Shown one piece after another: positions 31,635-42,653 of a stretch of 64,000 nucleotides of DNA (the first letter of the stretch is position 1; every line of letters begins with the position of its first letter). Both the position numbers and the translations under genes were made by a program. The notes under the pieces are model-generated. The model saw only the letters and a program-made list of their open reading frames with translations, did no database searches and was not told where the DNA came from. The stretch spans positions 288,001 to 352,000 of the forward strand of contig CAWAWS010000020.1 in assembly GCA_963785725.1 (NCBI GenBank), written 5' to 3'. This stretch comes from an uncultured delta proteobacterium (lineage in GTDB: Bacteria; Myxococcota_A; Polyangia; Palsa-1104).

Positions 31635-34600
31635 ATGAAGACGCGCCCGTATTTACTCGCCCTGCTGCTGCTCGCCCCGCCTTCCCTGGCTTCCGCCAAC
31701 GAGCTGCCGAGCGACCCCGAAGCGCTGTTCACGCAAGGACAATACGAGGCCGCGCTCGTCGGCTTCGCCGCCGCCAGCCTACGCGAGCACGACGACGCAC
31801 CGTACATGCGCGGGCTGGTGGGCGCCGTGCGCTGCGAAATGCTGCTCGGTCGCCATCCCGACGCGTTCGAGCGCCTGCGTCGCGCGCGGCTGCCGGCGGA
31901 CGTCGGAATGCGCGCCATCGTCGAGCTGCTGCGGCTGCAGCTGCTGTTCGAGCTGCAGCGCGGTGGCGGCATCAGCGACGGTAACGCGCCACCCGTCCAC
32001 GGCGACCCACCACTGGCGCGCGCCGACGCGACGCGCGAGGCGGACGCGGCGACGCTGCACCTATGGCGCGACCGAGTCGAGCTGGCGCGCGTGCCGATCG
32101 CCAAGCTGGGCGACCTGTTCAACGTCGAGCACGCCGACCTGACCCGGTTCCCGTCGCTGTGGGACTTCTTGGTCGAGCGCATGTCGATCTACCTGGTCGA
32201 CCGCACGGCGGGCGGAACGATCGATTTGACCGCCGAGACGGTGCCGCGCGACTTCGAGCACATGCGCCCGTCGCGCGATCGGCTGGCGGCGCTCTTCGAA
32301 GAGAGCGGCAACCTCGACGGCGGCGACGTCGATCGCAAGAGCGCCGCCGAGCGCTGGCGCATCGACCGCGTGCTCCTCGACGAGAACCACGCGTCGACGG
32401 ACGACGGCACGGCGTGGCGCGCGCGCGCCATCGCACGCTTGAGCGGCTGGGCGCGCACCATGACCACCCCGGCGGCGCGCGCCGAGGCGGCACTGCAAGC
32501 GGCCACGTTCTTGCGCTACAAAGACCAGGATGACGGCAAGCTCAATGCGCTGGCGCTGATCGACGCCGCGCTGAAGGATTCGCCGAGCGGCCGCGTGGCC
32601 ACGACCTTGCGCCAGCTGGCGGCGGAGCTGGGCCAGCGCGAGCTGTCGGCCTGGACGTGGGTCACGCGCGACGGCAAAGGCGCGCTGCACGTGAGCGCGC
32701 GCAACGTGAAGACGATTTATCTGCGGCTCTATCGACTCGACCCGACGAGCCAGCTGCAAGAGGAATTGGGTCGCCCCGCCGCCAATCCCCAGGTGCCGGC
32801 CAAGCGCATCGAAGGCTGGATGAAGACGCTGCCGAAAGTGGCCGAGTGGAGCGTGCCGACGGGCGATCGGGGCACGCACGCCTCGATGGACCGCAATCTC
32901 GACGTGCGCGTGCCCGGCGTCGGCTTCTACCTGCTGCTCGTCTCGACCGAGCACGACTTTCCCGTCGGGCGCGCGACCGTCCTCGCCGATTTCCTGCAGG
33001 TGAACGACATCGCGGTGGCGCGGGTGCGCGTGGGCGAGACCGTGCGCCACTACGCGTTCGATGCCGAGCGGCACGCGCCGGCCGCGGAGATGCCCTTTCG
33101 CCTGCAGCTGTTTCCGCACCGCTCGCTGACGCTGGCGACGCAGGAGCGCCTGCTCACCAATTCCGACGGCGTGGTCGATTGGACCTATCCCGTCGGCCAG
33201 GACGATAGCGTCGAGACCATGGCGCAGCACGGCTACAGCTTCGGCATCTTCGAGAGCACGAGCGCCGCGCATCGCGTGAGCTATCCGCAGCCGGCGCCGG
33301 CGCCGCCGTTGGTGCTGCTGGTGGCAACCGATCGGCCCCTGTATCGGCTGCGTGACAAGATTCGCGTGCACGTGACGGCGCTCGTGCGCGCCGTCGACGG
33401 CGGCTACGACTTCGCGCACGACCAGGCCGTCGATCTCGACCTGCGCGAGCCGAGCCGCGGCGCCATCGTCGCCAGTGCCAAGATCGTCATGGGCGCGCTC
33501 GGCTCGGCGACGGCGGAGCTGACGCTGCCGGCCGACTCGGTCGCGGGCAACTACTCGCTGATGGCGAGCGATCCCGCGCCGTCGTCGGGGATCTACAAGA
33601 TGCTCCAGCTGCGCGTCGAAGATCAGGAGCCGGGGCTCGACGTGCAGCTCGATCCGCCGCCGGTGGGCGCGCATTACGGCGACAAGGTGCGCATCCAAGG
33701 GCACGTCAAGGACGCGGCCGGCAAGCCGGCCGCGCACGTGCCGCTTACCTTCACGGTCGTGGGCGAGCGTTGGGCGCCGCCAAACAGCGCGCCTCCGGCG
33801 GCGGGATGGCGAGTGTCCGACCTGGCGAAGAAGGAGCTGACGCACGGTCAGCTGGAGAGCGACGGCGAAGGCGCCTTCGTCATCGAGCTCACCGCCGCGT
33901 CGGCCGACCCGGTCGTGCACTTGGGCGTGCCGCCGGGCAGCGAGCCGCCCGACGTGAGCCGCCTGACCGTCGACGTCAACGCGCGCGACGCGGGCGGGCA
34001 TCGGGTCGGCCGCCGCTGCGAGCTGTCGGTCGGCCAGCAGCCGCTGTTGCTGTCGGCCGAGGGCGCGGGCGGCTTCTTCATGTCGAACGAGCGGCCGCAG
34101 CTGCGCGTGTCGGCGACGCGCTTCGATGAGCAGCCGCTGGCGACGACGGTGCGCTGGACGGTCGAGCGGCTGGGCGCACCCGACGGCAAGGCGGACCCGA
34201 TTCATCGTCATCCACTGGCGGTGGAGCTGGCGCGCTATCCGGCGCTGCGCGAAGTGGCGCATGGCACGCTCGCGACCATCGAGCACGAGGCGACCGAGCT
34301 GCAGCTGCCGGCGACCTTGCCGGCGGGCATCTATCGGCTGCGGCTCGACGGTGACGGTGGCAGCCGGGGTACCTTCCCGCTCCTGGTCGTCGACGCGCGC
34401 ACGCAAACCCTGCCGGGCGTGTTGCCGCCGCTGGCGCTGGCGCGACGCGACGTCTATCGCCCGGGCGAGACGGCCGAGCTGCTCGTCGGTGGCGGCGACG
34501 CCGCGGGGACCTATCAGCTCGAGGTGTGGCGCGACGGCCGGCGGCTATCGAGTCAGCTGCATCGTGGCGCGCCGCTGCGCATCGTGCGCCTGCCGGTCGA

Positions 34601-35396
34601 CGACCAGATCGGCGAGCTGACGATTCGCTGGATCGGCGTCGCCGGCGCGTCAGTCGTGAGCAGCGACGTGACGCTGACGGTGCGGCGGCCCAATCCGTCG
34701 CTCGTCATCAAGCTGCAGAAGCCGCCGACGCTGACGCCGGGCCGAACCGCGAGCCTCGCGCTGGAGGTGCGCGACGCGCGCGGCAAGCTCGTCGATGGCG
34801 AGGCGCTGGTGAGCGTGTTCGACGACGAGCTGACGCCGCGCGCGCCGGCCATGAGCGAGTGGCGCCTGCCTCCGAACCCGGCCGCGGAGAAGTTGCCGCG
34901 CCTCGATGTGAGTAAACCGATGTGGACCGCGATCTACCTGCACAACGACCGCGTGCAGGCGAGCGTGCCGCGCGCGGCGGCGCCGCCGCCTAACGGGGTG
35001 ACCACGGCGTGGATCATGCCGCGCTTCGCGTGGGAGCGGCCGGTGCTCACCTACGGCTACGGCGCCATCGCGCCAGGGAGTGCGGTGCCGAATGCACGCG
35101 TGCCCGAGCCGCATTGGAAGAGTCCCCACAAGGGCACGAGCCCCAACAAGGCCGACGACGAGCGCGCGCCGGAGCCGGCGATCGAGCCACCGATGTTTGC
35201 GAGCGGCCGGCTCGGTCCGATGCCGGCGACGCAGCTGGAGACGGTGGCGTGGCTGCCGGCAGTGGCGCTGCAGTCGGGGCGAGCCACCGTCGAGCTGCGC
35301 CTGCCGGAGCGGCCGGCGCACTGGCGCGTGCGCGTGCTCGCACTGGGACGCGACGGCACCGTCGGCAGCATCGACGACGAGCTGATCGCGCGCTGA
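31635..35396 (+). CDS. Alpha-2-macroglobulin-like secreted protein (MG domains, no thioester domain)
   Basis: Signal peptide; ATDRPLYR (MG2), YRPGETA, PGRTASL..EVRD..G..VDGEALVSVFD, ETVAW.P...LPERPAHWRV; no CxEQ. Confidence 0.75.
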   Translation: MKTRPYLLALLLLAPPSLASANELPSDPEALFTQGQYEAALVGFAAASLREHDDAPYMRGLVGAVRCEMLLGRHPDAFERLRRARLPADVGMRAIVELLRLQLLFELQRGGGISDGNAPPVHGDPPLARADATREADAATLHLWRDRVELARVPIAKLGDLFNVEHADLTRFPSLWDFLVERMSIYLVDRTAGGTIDLTAETVPRDFEHMRPSRDRLAALFEESGNLDGGDVDRKSAAERWRIDRVLLDENHASTDDGTAWRARAIARLSGWARTMTTPAARAEAALQAATFLRYKDQDDGKLNALALIDAALKDSPSGRVATTLRQLAAELGQRELSAWTWVTRDGKGALHVSARNVKTIYLRLYRLDPTSQLQEELGRPAANPQVPAKRIEGWMKTLPKVAEWSVPTGDRGTHASMDRNLDVRVPGVGFYLLLVSTEHDFPVGRATVLADFLQVNDIAVARVRVGETVRHYAFDAERHAPAAEMPFRLQLFPHRSLTLATQERLLTNSDGVVDWTYPVGQDDSVETMAQHGYSFGIFESTSAAHRVSYPQPAPAPPLVLLVATDRPLYRLRDKIRVHVTALVRAVDGGYDFAHDQAVDLDLREPSRGAIVASAKIVMGALGSATAELTLPADSVAGNYSLMASDPAPSSGIYKMLQLRVEDQEPGLDVQLDPPPVGAHYGDKVRIQGHVKDAAGKPAAHVPLTFTVVGERWAPPNSAPPAAGWRVSDLAKKELTHGQLESDGEGAFVIELTAASADPVVHLGVPPGSEPPDVSRLTVDVNARDAGGHRVGRRCELSVGQQPLLLSAEGAGGFFMSNERPQLRVSATRFDEQPLATTVRWTVERLGAPDGKADPIHRHPLAVELARYPALREVAHGTLATIEHEATELQLPATLPAGIYRLRLDGDGGSRGTFPLLVVDARTQTLPGVLPPLALARRDVYRPGETAELLVGGGDAAGTYQLEVWRDGRRLSSQLHRGAPLRIVRLPVDDQIGELTIRWIGVAGASVVSSDVTLTVRRPNPSLVIKLQKPPTLTPGRTASLALEVRDARGKLVDGEALVSVFDDELTPRAPAMSEWRLPPNPAAEKLPRLDVSKPMWTAIYLHNDRVQASVPRAAAPPPNGVTTAWIMPRFAWERPVLTYGYGAIAPGSAVPNARVPEPHWKSPHKGTSPNKADDERAPEPAIEPPMFASGRLGPMPATQLETVAWLPAVALQSGRATVELRLPERPAHWRVRVLALGRDGTVGSIDDELIAR

Positions 35397-36133
35397 GCGC
35401 TGCGGCGCGGTTCGGGAGGTGACCGCGACGGCGACGAAGACCGCTTGCGACCTCGGCGGTCTCGTCGCCGCCGGCTACTTCTTGGGCTGCTTAGAGCTCG
35501 AGAATCGTTCAGCGACTCTGCTGCTCCAGCTTAAGCCACGGATAATTTCGGGGAGCTGGCGACTGAGGCGTCTTCTTCGCCGGCGACCAAGTCACCTGGT
35601 GATCCTCGACAAACGCGCAGTCGGCGACGGTCCGATCGTGACACGCCGATCGGTCAGCATTTGCGAACGGCTGCTTGCCTGCTCAAGGAACCAACGGGAG
35701 AAGGACATCACGATGGACGAGGTCTTGTCCGGGAGCGCCGCGTAGGCCCGATAGGCCTGTCGTACGTCATCGAACCTCGGATCGTGTCCTCCGGCGAGCT
35801 CCCGGGGGCGTGCGTGGGTGCGGCGCGCGCGCGCCCGCAATAAACCTTCGATCGGCGTGCCGACTCCACGATGGCCGATTCCGACGGAGCGAGCTCGGTC
35901 GCGCGCACCGCGCGCCCGACCGAGCTCGCCAAGCCGTAAAACCGCAGCCCACCCATTCGCATCATTAGATCCGCCCGCCGTTCCGGCCGCCACGCCCCGC
36001 GCAGCCGCTGCACCATCGGCCCCGCCAGCGGCCCGAATTCCGCGCGGCGCCGATCTTTACATTCGCGTCCCTCATGCCGCGGCCCTGCCTTCCGATTGGA
36101 TCGTCACCGGCACCGATTGCCGCTCGAGGATCC

Positions 36134-39100
36134 ATGCGCCGCATCGTCGTCCCCACCCTTGCCCTGCTCGCGTTCGGCTGCACGACGCCGAAGAAAACAG
36201 GGACGCAGCCCACCCCGCCCAAGGTGGTCAAGGTCGCCATCGGCGGCAGCGTCAGCGGGCTCAGCGGTCACGGGCTCGTCCTCCAGAACGGCGGCGGCGA
36301 CGACCTGACCATCGCCGGCAACGGCAACTTCACGTTCGCGACCACCGTCGCCGCCGGCACGAATTACGCGGTGACCGTGTCACAGCAGCCGTCGGCGCCG
36401 ACCCAGCAGTGCGTCGTCGGCGCCGGCAGCGGCACGGCGTCGCACGCCGTCACCGACATCACCGTCACGTGCACGACGAGCGCCTACCACGTCGGCGGCT
36501 CGATCGTCGGCCTACTCGGCTCGGGCCTCGTCCTGCAAGACAACGGCGGCGACGACCTGAGCGTCGGTAGCACCGGCGCCTTCCAGTTCGCCACGCGCCG
36601 TCGCCAGCGCCAAATCCTACAGCGTCAGCATCACGCAGCAGCCGACGAACCCGCTGCAGCAGTGCAGCGTCAGCGGCGGCTCGGGCATCATCGGCGGCGG
36701 CAACGTCACCAGCGTCGTCGTCAATTGTACGGGCGACAGCTACACCATCGGCGGCACCGTCAGCGGTCTCGCCGGCTCCGGCCTCGTCCTGCAAGACAAC
36801 GGCGGCGACGACGTCGCGCTCACGGCCAACGGCAGCTTCGCCTTCGCGACGCCGCTCGCCAACGGCAAGCCGTTCGCCGTCACCGTCAAGACGCAGCCGT
36901 CGACGCCGCAGCAGACCTGCACCGTCACGCAAGGCGCCGGCACCGTCGACTCGGCCAACGTCAGCAACGTCGCCGTCAGCTGCGTCACCGCGCGCTACAC
37001 CGTCAGCGGCAGCGTCAGCGGCCTCGCCGGCTCCGGCCTCGTCCTGCAGGACAACTTGGGCGACAACCTGCCGGTCAGCGCCGACGGCAGCTTCACCTTC
37101 GCCACGTCCGTCGCCAGCGGCAGCACCTACGGCGTCACCGTGTTGGCGCAGCCGACGTCGCCGACGCAAACGTGCAGCGTGACCCACGGCGCCGGCACCA
37201 TCGCCACGAGCAACGTCAGCGACGTCGCCGTCAGCTGCACCGTCGACAGCTTCAAGGTCGGCGGCACCGTCGTCGGCGTCGCCGGCGCCGGCCTCGTGCT
37301 GCAAGACAACGGCACCGACGATCTCCCCATCAGCGGCGACGGCAAATTCACCTTCGCCATCGCGCTCGCCAGCGGCTCGACCTTCGCCGTCACGGTCAAG
37401 ACGCAGCCCGCTTCGCCCGCGCAAGTGTGCGTCGTCTCCGGCGACACGGGCACGATCGGCGGCGGCGACGTCGGCAGCGTCACCGTCAACTGCACGACCA
37501 ATCGCTACGTCGTCGGCGGCACCGTCAGCGGTCTCGCCGGCAGCGGCATGGCCATCGCGCTCAACGGCGGCGACTCGCTCGTCGTCACCGCCAACGGCAG
37601 CTTCGCGTTCCCCGACACCGTCGCCGACGGCGCGACCTACGGCGTCACCGTCGTCGCGCAGCCGACGTCGCCCGGCCAGACCTGCACCATCACCAACGAC
37701 AGCGGCACCATCGCCACCGCCGACGTCAGCAACGTCGCCATCAGCTGCACCAACAACCCGTCGCACGTCGGCGGCACCGTCAGCGGCCTCGTCGGCTCGG
37801 GCCTCGTCCTCGAGAACGAGCTCGGCGACGACCTCGCCATCGGCGGCAACGGCAGCTTCACCTTCGCCACCGCCGTCGCCTCCGGCCAGCCCTACTCGGT
37901 CACCGTCGCCACGCAGCCGTCGTCGCCGACGCAGACCTGCGTCGTCGGCAACGCCGCCGGCAACGTCACGTCGGGCTACGACATCTCCAACGTCACCGTC
38001 ACCTGCTCGACGAACCGCTACGCCATCGCCGGCGCCATCACCGGCCTTTCCGGCACCGTCGTCCTCACCGACAACGGCGGCGACACGCTGATCCTGAGCG
38101 GCGCCACCAGCTTCGTGTTCCCGACCAGCATCGCGAGCGGCGGCGCCTACGCCGTCGCCGTCGCCACGCAGCCGTCGACGCCCGATCAGACCTGCACCGT
38201 CAGCAACGACGCCTCGGGCATCGTCGGCGCGAGCGACGTCAACGACATCGTCGTCAGCTGCGTCACCAACAGCTATCCCATCAAGGTCACCGTCAACGGC
38301 CAGGACGGCCCCGGCCTCGTCCTCGAGAACAACGGCGGCGACGACCTCGCCATCGACGCCAGCGGCAGCTACGCCTTCGCCACGTCGGTCGCGAGCGGCG
38401 GCGCTTACGCCGTCACCATCATCGCGCAGCCGGCCGCGCCCTGCACGCTCTCGGCGAACGCCAGCGGCACCGTCGGCAGCGGCCCCGTCTCGGTCACCGT
38501 CAACTGCTCGACGAGCTCGTGGGTCGTCGGCGGCACCGTCAGCGGCCTCGCCGGCGCCGGCCTCGTCCTGCAAGACAACGGCGGCGACAATCTCGCCGTC
38601 AACGCCAACGGCAGCTTCGCCTTCGCCACCACCGTCGACGACGGCAGCGGCTACAACGTCACCGTCAAGACGCAGCCGACGAACGCCTGGCAGACCTGCA
38701 CCGTCACGTCCGGCAGCGGCACCGTCAGCGGCGGCGACGTCACCAGCGTCAGCGTCACCTGCGTCTCGACTCCGTACAACGTCGCCGTCACCGTCAGCGG
38801 TCTGGCCGGCTCGGGCCTCGTCCTCGAAGACAACAGCGGCGACGACCTCGCCGTCAGCGCCGACGGCACCTACAGCTTCGCCACGCCCGTCGCCAGCGGC
38901 AGCGCCTACTCGGTCACCGTGCTCGACCAGCCGACGTCGCCCTGGCAGACCTGCGTCGTCCAGTCGGGCAGCGGCCTCATCGCCAACGGCGCCGTCACCA
39001 TCAACGTCACCTGCACCGTCGACATGCACACCGTCGGCGGCACGGTCGTCGCGCTCGAGAACAGCGGCCTCGTCCTGCAGGACAACAGCGGCAACGACCT

Positions 39101-39843
39101 GTCAATCGCCGCCAACGGCAGCTTCGTCTTCACCAGCGCCTTGCCGAGCGGCAGCGCCTACTTCGTCACCATCGCCACGCAGCCCGTCGGCCAGTACTGC
39201 CTCGTGCGCTTCGGCAGCGGCACCATCACCGGCAGCGACGTCGGCAGCGTCATCGTCACCTGCGCGCACCTGACCAACGGCAGCTTCGAGACCGGCGACT
39301 ACAGCGCCTGGACGCTCTCGGTCGTCGACGCCTGCCCCGGCTGCTACGACTCCGGCACGTGGGGCGTGCTCGCGAGCGGCACCACGCTCAACTACAACGA
39401 CTACGTCTACGATTACTTCACGCAGGCGCCGATCCAGGAGGAGTCTGTGAACATGCCCGAGTCGTTCACCGCCAGCGACGGCAACTTCGTCGCCGTCGGG
39501 CTCGAGAACGGCCCCGCCGATCACCGCATCTACCAGGACGTCATCGTGCCTTTGACGGCGACGAACCTGAGCTGGGAGATGATGTACAACAACTCATTCG
39601 CAGGGCGCGTTCGATCCCGACAATCAGTACATCGCGCTCAACCTGCGCGACGTCGACACCGACGCCATCATCGCCACGCTCTACAAGACCACCGAAGGAT
39701 TGTGCCCCGAGGTCCTCGGCTCGATGACCACCTTCAGCGAGGACATCACGGCCTATCGCGGCCGCCTCGTGCGCATCGACTTCGAAATCCAGGCGCAGTT
39801 CGGCTTCTTGGACACCGGCGTCGATAACTTCCGCTTCGAGTAG
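36134..39843 (+). CDS. Large surface lipoprotein with 12 tandem ~85-aa Ig-like repeats and a C-terminal CBM-like domain (frameshifts near 36600 and 39605)
   Basis: Lipobox LAFGC; repeat GGTVSGLAGSGLVLQDNGGDDL...TQP..P.QTC.V..G.G...V.V.C; C-terminal LTNGSFETGD. Confidence 0.85.
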
Positions 39844-39850
39844 CCACGCA

Positions 39851-39888
39851 GCGAAACGAGGTCGGCCCAGCTCGGCGGCCTCGTTTCG
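39851..39888. terminator. Hairpin after the repeat gene (possible terminator)
   Basis: GCGAAACGAGG...CCTCGTTTCGC inverted repeat between convergent genes; no clear U-tract. Confidence 0.45.
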
Positions 39889-40164
39889 CCACCCTCCTCG
39901 CGCTTCACTTCACGACCTTCTCCGCTACCTCCGCCTCAGATTTCGTCGGTCTCGCGCACCGTCGTCGCCCGCGACAGGCGAAGACGGAACGCCGCAACGA
40001 TATCGGCCACGCAACCACGTCAGCGACAGCGCGCGACGAAGCTGCGTCACCGAGCGGCGCTAATCGTAAACTCCAGATTTTGGATTTTGACTTGGGGATT
40101 ACTGCGCCGACCGTTCAGACGATCGGCTGGGGACTACACGAGCTGCTGTGGCGCTGGGGCTTGG

Positions 40165-40515
40165 TTAGTAGCGACCGCCGCGGTCTCCACCGCGACCGCC
40201 ACCACCGCCACGACCACCGCCGCCACCGCCGCGGCCACCACCGCCGCCGCCGCCACCGGTGCGCTCCTGCGCCTCGTTGACCTTGAGCGAGCGACCGTCG
40301 AGCTGCTGGCCATTCCAGGCTTCCATCGCCGCCTGCGCGTCGGCCGGGCTGCCCATCTCGACGAAGGCGAAGCCGCGGGGTTGACCGGTGTCGCGGTCGG
40401 TCACGATTTTGACCTCCACGACTTTGCCGCCGCCCTGCTCGAAAGCCTGGCGCAGCGTGTCTTCCGACGTGTGGAACGAAATGTTACCGACGTACAAGCG
40501 GGTTCCGTTTGCCAT
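40165..40515 (-). CDS. RRM RNA-binding protein with Gly/Arg-rich tail
   Basis: RNP2 LYVGNI, RNP1 RGFAFVEM, LKVNEA, GGGRGG tail. Confidence 0.95.
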   Translation of the reverse strand: MANGTRLYVGNISFHTSEDTLRQAFEQGGGKVVEVKIVTDRDTGQPRGFAFVEMGSPADAQAAMEAWNGQQLDGRSLKVNEAQERTGGGGGGGGRGGGGGGRGGGGGRGGDRGGRY

Positions 40516-40540
40516 GGTATCCTCACTAACAACGTGGCCT

Positions 40541-40570
40541 AGGCCCCTTTGCAACTTTGTAAAGGGGCCT
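40541..40570. promoter_or_regulatory. Strong hairpin between infA and the RRM gene
   Basis: AGGCCCCTTT-GCAACTTTGT-AAAGGGGCCT, perfect 10-bp stem. Confidence 0.55.
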
Positions 40571-40575
40571 CGTAG

Positions 40576-40794
40576 CTATTTATCGCGATAGGTAATGAGT
40601 CCACGGCCCGGATCGTAAGGGGACACGGCCACAGTGACGCGATCGCCCAGTACGACGCGAATGCGGTTACGACGCATTCTGCCGGCCAAGTGCGCCAGCA
40701 CCGAGTGACCGCCTTCGACGTCGATGCGGAAGTTACCGCCGACGAGGATTTCGACCACTTTGCCTTCCATCTCGACTAGATCATCGCGCGACAT
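40576..40794 (-). CDS. infA: Translation initiation factor IF-1
   Basis: EMEGKVVE...LAHLAGRMRRNRIRVVLGDRV...SPYD..RGLITYR. Confidence 0.93.
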   Translation of the reverse strand: MSRDDLVEMEGKVVEILVGGNFRIDVEGGHSVLAHLAGRMRRNRIRVVLGDRVTVAVSPYDPGRGLITYRDK

Positions 40795-40897
40795 TCAATC
40801 CATCCCGACTCGCACTCGACACCCGCCGCCGGTAGGCTTTGAAACCCACCGGCGACGAGCTCGACTGCTTCATTACAGCAGAAAAAACCGAAACTTG

Positions 40898-41101
40898 CTA
40901 CCCGACGCGGCGGACGTTCGACGCCTGGAGGCCCTTCTGGCCCTGCGTCACTTCGAATTCGACCTGATCACCCTCGGCCAACGTGCGGAAGCCTTCGGAC
41001 TGGATCGCCGTGTGATGGACGAACACATCCGGGCCGTTCTCGCGCGTGATGAAGCCGAAGCCCTTCGCATCATTGAACCACTTCACAGTGCCTTTTTCCA
41101 A
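40898..41101 (-). CDS. Cold-shock protein (CspA family), TTG start
   Basis: [40 protein letters not shown]. Confidence 0.95.
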   Translation of the reverse strand: MEKGTVKWFNDAKGFGFITRENGPDVFVHHTAIQSEGFRTLAEGDQVEFEVTQGQKGLQASNVRRVG

Positions 41102-41208
41102 AATACACCTTTTTCATTTGCCGGACCGGTCATCGCCACAGGGGACCGGCCCACATTCTACGTGCCCGCGTTGACAAGGAATTGTCCACGAAACGTGACG
41201 ACGCAAAC

Positions 41209-41237
41209 AGTCTGCGCCCGGGGGGCACGAATGTCAA
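41209..41237 (-). promoter_or_regulatory. Sigma70-type promoter of csp
   Basis: TTGACA (41237-41232), 17-nt spacer, CAGACT (41214-41209); implies a ~100-nt 5' UTR. Confidence 0.55.
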
Positions 41238-41364
41238 GCGTCGTGGTAATCGGCTCATTTCCAAAGATTACCGCGAGTTGTTTTTGCTTCGGACACGTCA
41301 CCATGGTCTCGCCGATGTACATGTAAGCGCCGGGCTTTTGACGACAAGTGGAAATATTCGGTGT

Positions 41365-42372
41365 CTACTGTCGCAGAACGAGCCGGCCGGTCAGCCCACC
41401 TGCGCGCACCCGCCGCTGCCCCTCCTCCGCGCGTTCGAGCGGCAGCTCTTCGGCGATCGGCAGCGTGAGCAGCGTGTCGCCGAGCCGCGCGAACAGCCGC
41501 GCCATGTCCGCCGCCGTGGCGCCGCTCGAGCCGACGACGCGCAAGGCGTTGACGATGACGTAGCCGAGGTTGAGGTCGACGCGCTCGTCGACGACGTTGC
41601 CGATGACGACGACGCGGCCGCCGAGCCGCAAGCTGCGCAGGCTGGCGTTGAACGTCGGCTGGCCGACACATTCGAGGGCGACGTCGATGCCGCGGACTCG
41701 CTTGTGGAAGCTGCCGCCGCCGTCGACGACCACTTCGGCGGCGCCGAGCGCGCGCACGGCGGCCGCGTGGCGCTCGTCGCGGACGACGGCGACGACTTCG
41801 CAGCCGAGCCGCGCGGCCAGCTGCACGCCGGCCGCGCCGACGCCGCCGTTGGCGCCGGTCACGAGGACGCGCTGGCCGGGCTCGACGTCGCCGAGCCCGC
41901 GCCAAACGGTGCCGAAGGTGCAGTGGTAGACGGCCGCCTGCGCCGCCGACAAGCCGTCCGGCAGCGCGAACAGGCCCGACTCGGGCACCAGCAGCGCATC
42001 GGCGTAACCGCCGTCGGCCAGGATGCCGAGCACGAACGCCGCCGACGGACAGAGCGACGTTTCGCCGCGCGCGCAGGCGGCGCAGTCGCCGCAGCCGTCG
42101 CGATGGAGCGTGCCGACGCGATCGCCGACGCGGAAGCGCGTGACCTCGTCACCGACGGCGACGACGCGACCGGCGGCTTCGTGACCGGGCGTGATCGGCA
42201 GCTGCATGAAGGCGAAGCGGCCGGCGCGGTCGATGATGTCGCGCTGACACACGCCGCACGCCTCGACGGCGACGTGCACCAGCTTGCCGGTCGGCGCCGG
42301 CAGCTCCGGCGCCGCCGACTCGACGTCCAGCTCATGGTCCCAACCGCGATGCAGCAGACGAACGCGACGCAT
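41365..42372 (-). CDS. Zinc-dependent alcohol dehydrogenase
   Basis: CGVCQRD, PGHEAAG, CGDCAACARGETSLC, VTGANGGVG. Confidence 0.9.
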   Translation of the reverse strand: MRRVRLLHRGWDHELDVESAAPELPAPTGKLVHVAVEACGVCQRDIIDRAGRFAFMQLPITPGHEAAGRVVAVGDEVTRFRVGDRVGTLHRDGCGDCAACARGETSLCPSAAFVLGILADGGYADALLVPESGLFALPDGLSAAQAAVYHCTFGTVWRGLGDVEPGQRVLVTGANGGVGAAGVQLAARLGCEVVAVVRDERHAAAVRALGAAEVVVDGGGSFHKRVRGIDVALECVGQPTFNASLRSLRLGGRVVVIGNVVDERVDLNLGYVIVNALRVVGSSGATAADMARLFARLGDTLLTLPIAEELPLERAEEGQRRVRAGGLTGRLVLRQ

Positions 42373-42408
42373 TCCTCCCAGTAGAACGTGTTTCAGTCGC
42401 TACGGCAA

Positions 42409-42552
42409 CTACCAGCGGCCGCGGCAGCCGTAGCCGTGGCAATGGTACGCGCCGTAATACGGGTGACGATAGCCGTCGTGGACGTAGCAGCCGGACAGCG
42501 CCAACGTCGAGAGCGCCAACGTCGCAAACATCAACTTGCGGAGCAGGCTCAT
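42409..42552 (-). CDS. 47-aa His/Tyr/Cys-rich lipopeptide (absent from ORF track)
   Basis: AGGAGG RBS; MSLLRKLMFATLALSTLALSG-CYVHDGYRHPYYGAYHCHGYGCRGRW; lipobox LSGC. Confidence 0.7.
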   Translation of the reverse strand: MSLLRKLMFATLALSTLALSGCYVHDGYRHPYYGAYHCHGYGCRGRW

Positions 42553-42653
42553 CGGTTCCTCCTGGCACGAAGTAATACAAGTGTCGTGCCGTTACGACGA
42601 GTCGGCGGTCGCATCGCTGGACAAGCGAGCCCGTCTCGTGCGAGGAACGCGCG

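Noticed and set aside
35419..35990. Short ORFs between the macroglobulin and repeat genes
   Set aside because: No consistent codon bias or motifs; cannot call a gene or RNA
36237..39270. Regular DNA repeats considered as a CRISPR array or DGR
   Set aside because: They are ~255-bp coding repeats with synonymous variation; no spacers, cas genes or reverse transcriptase in the window
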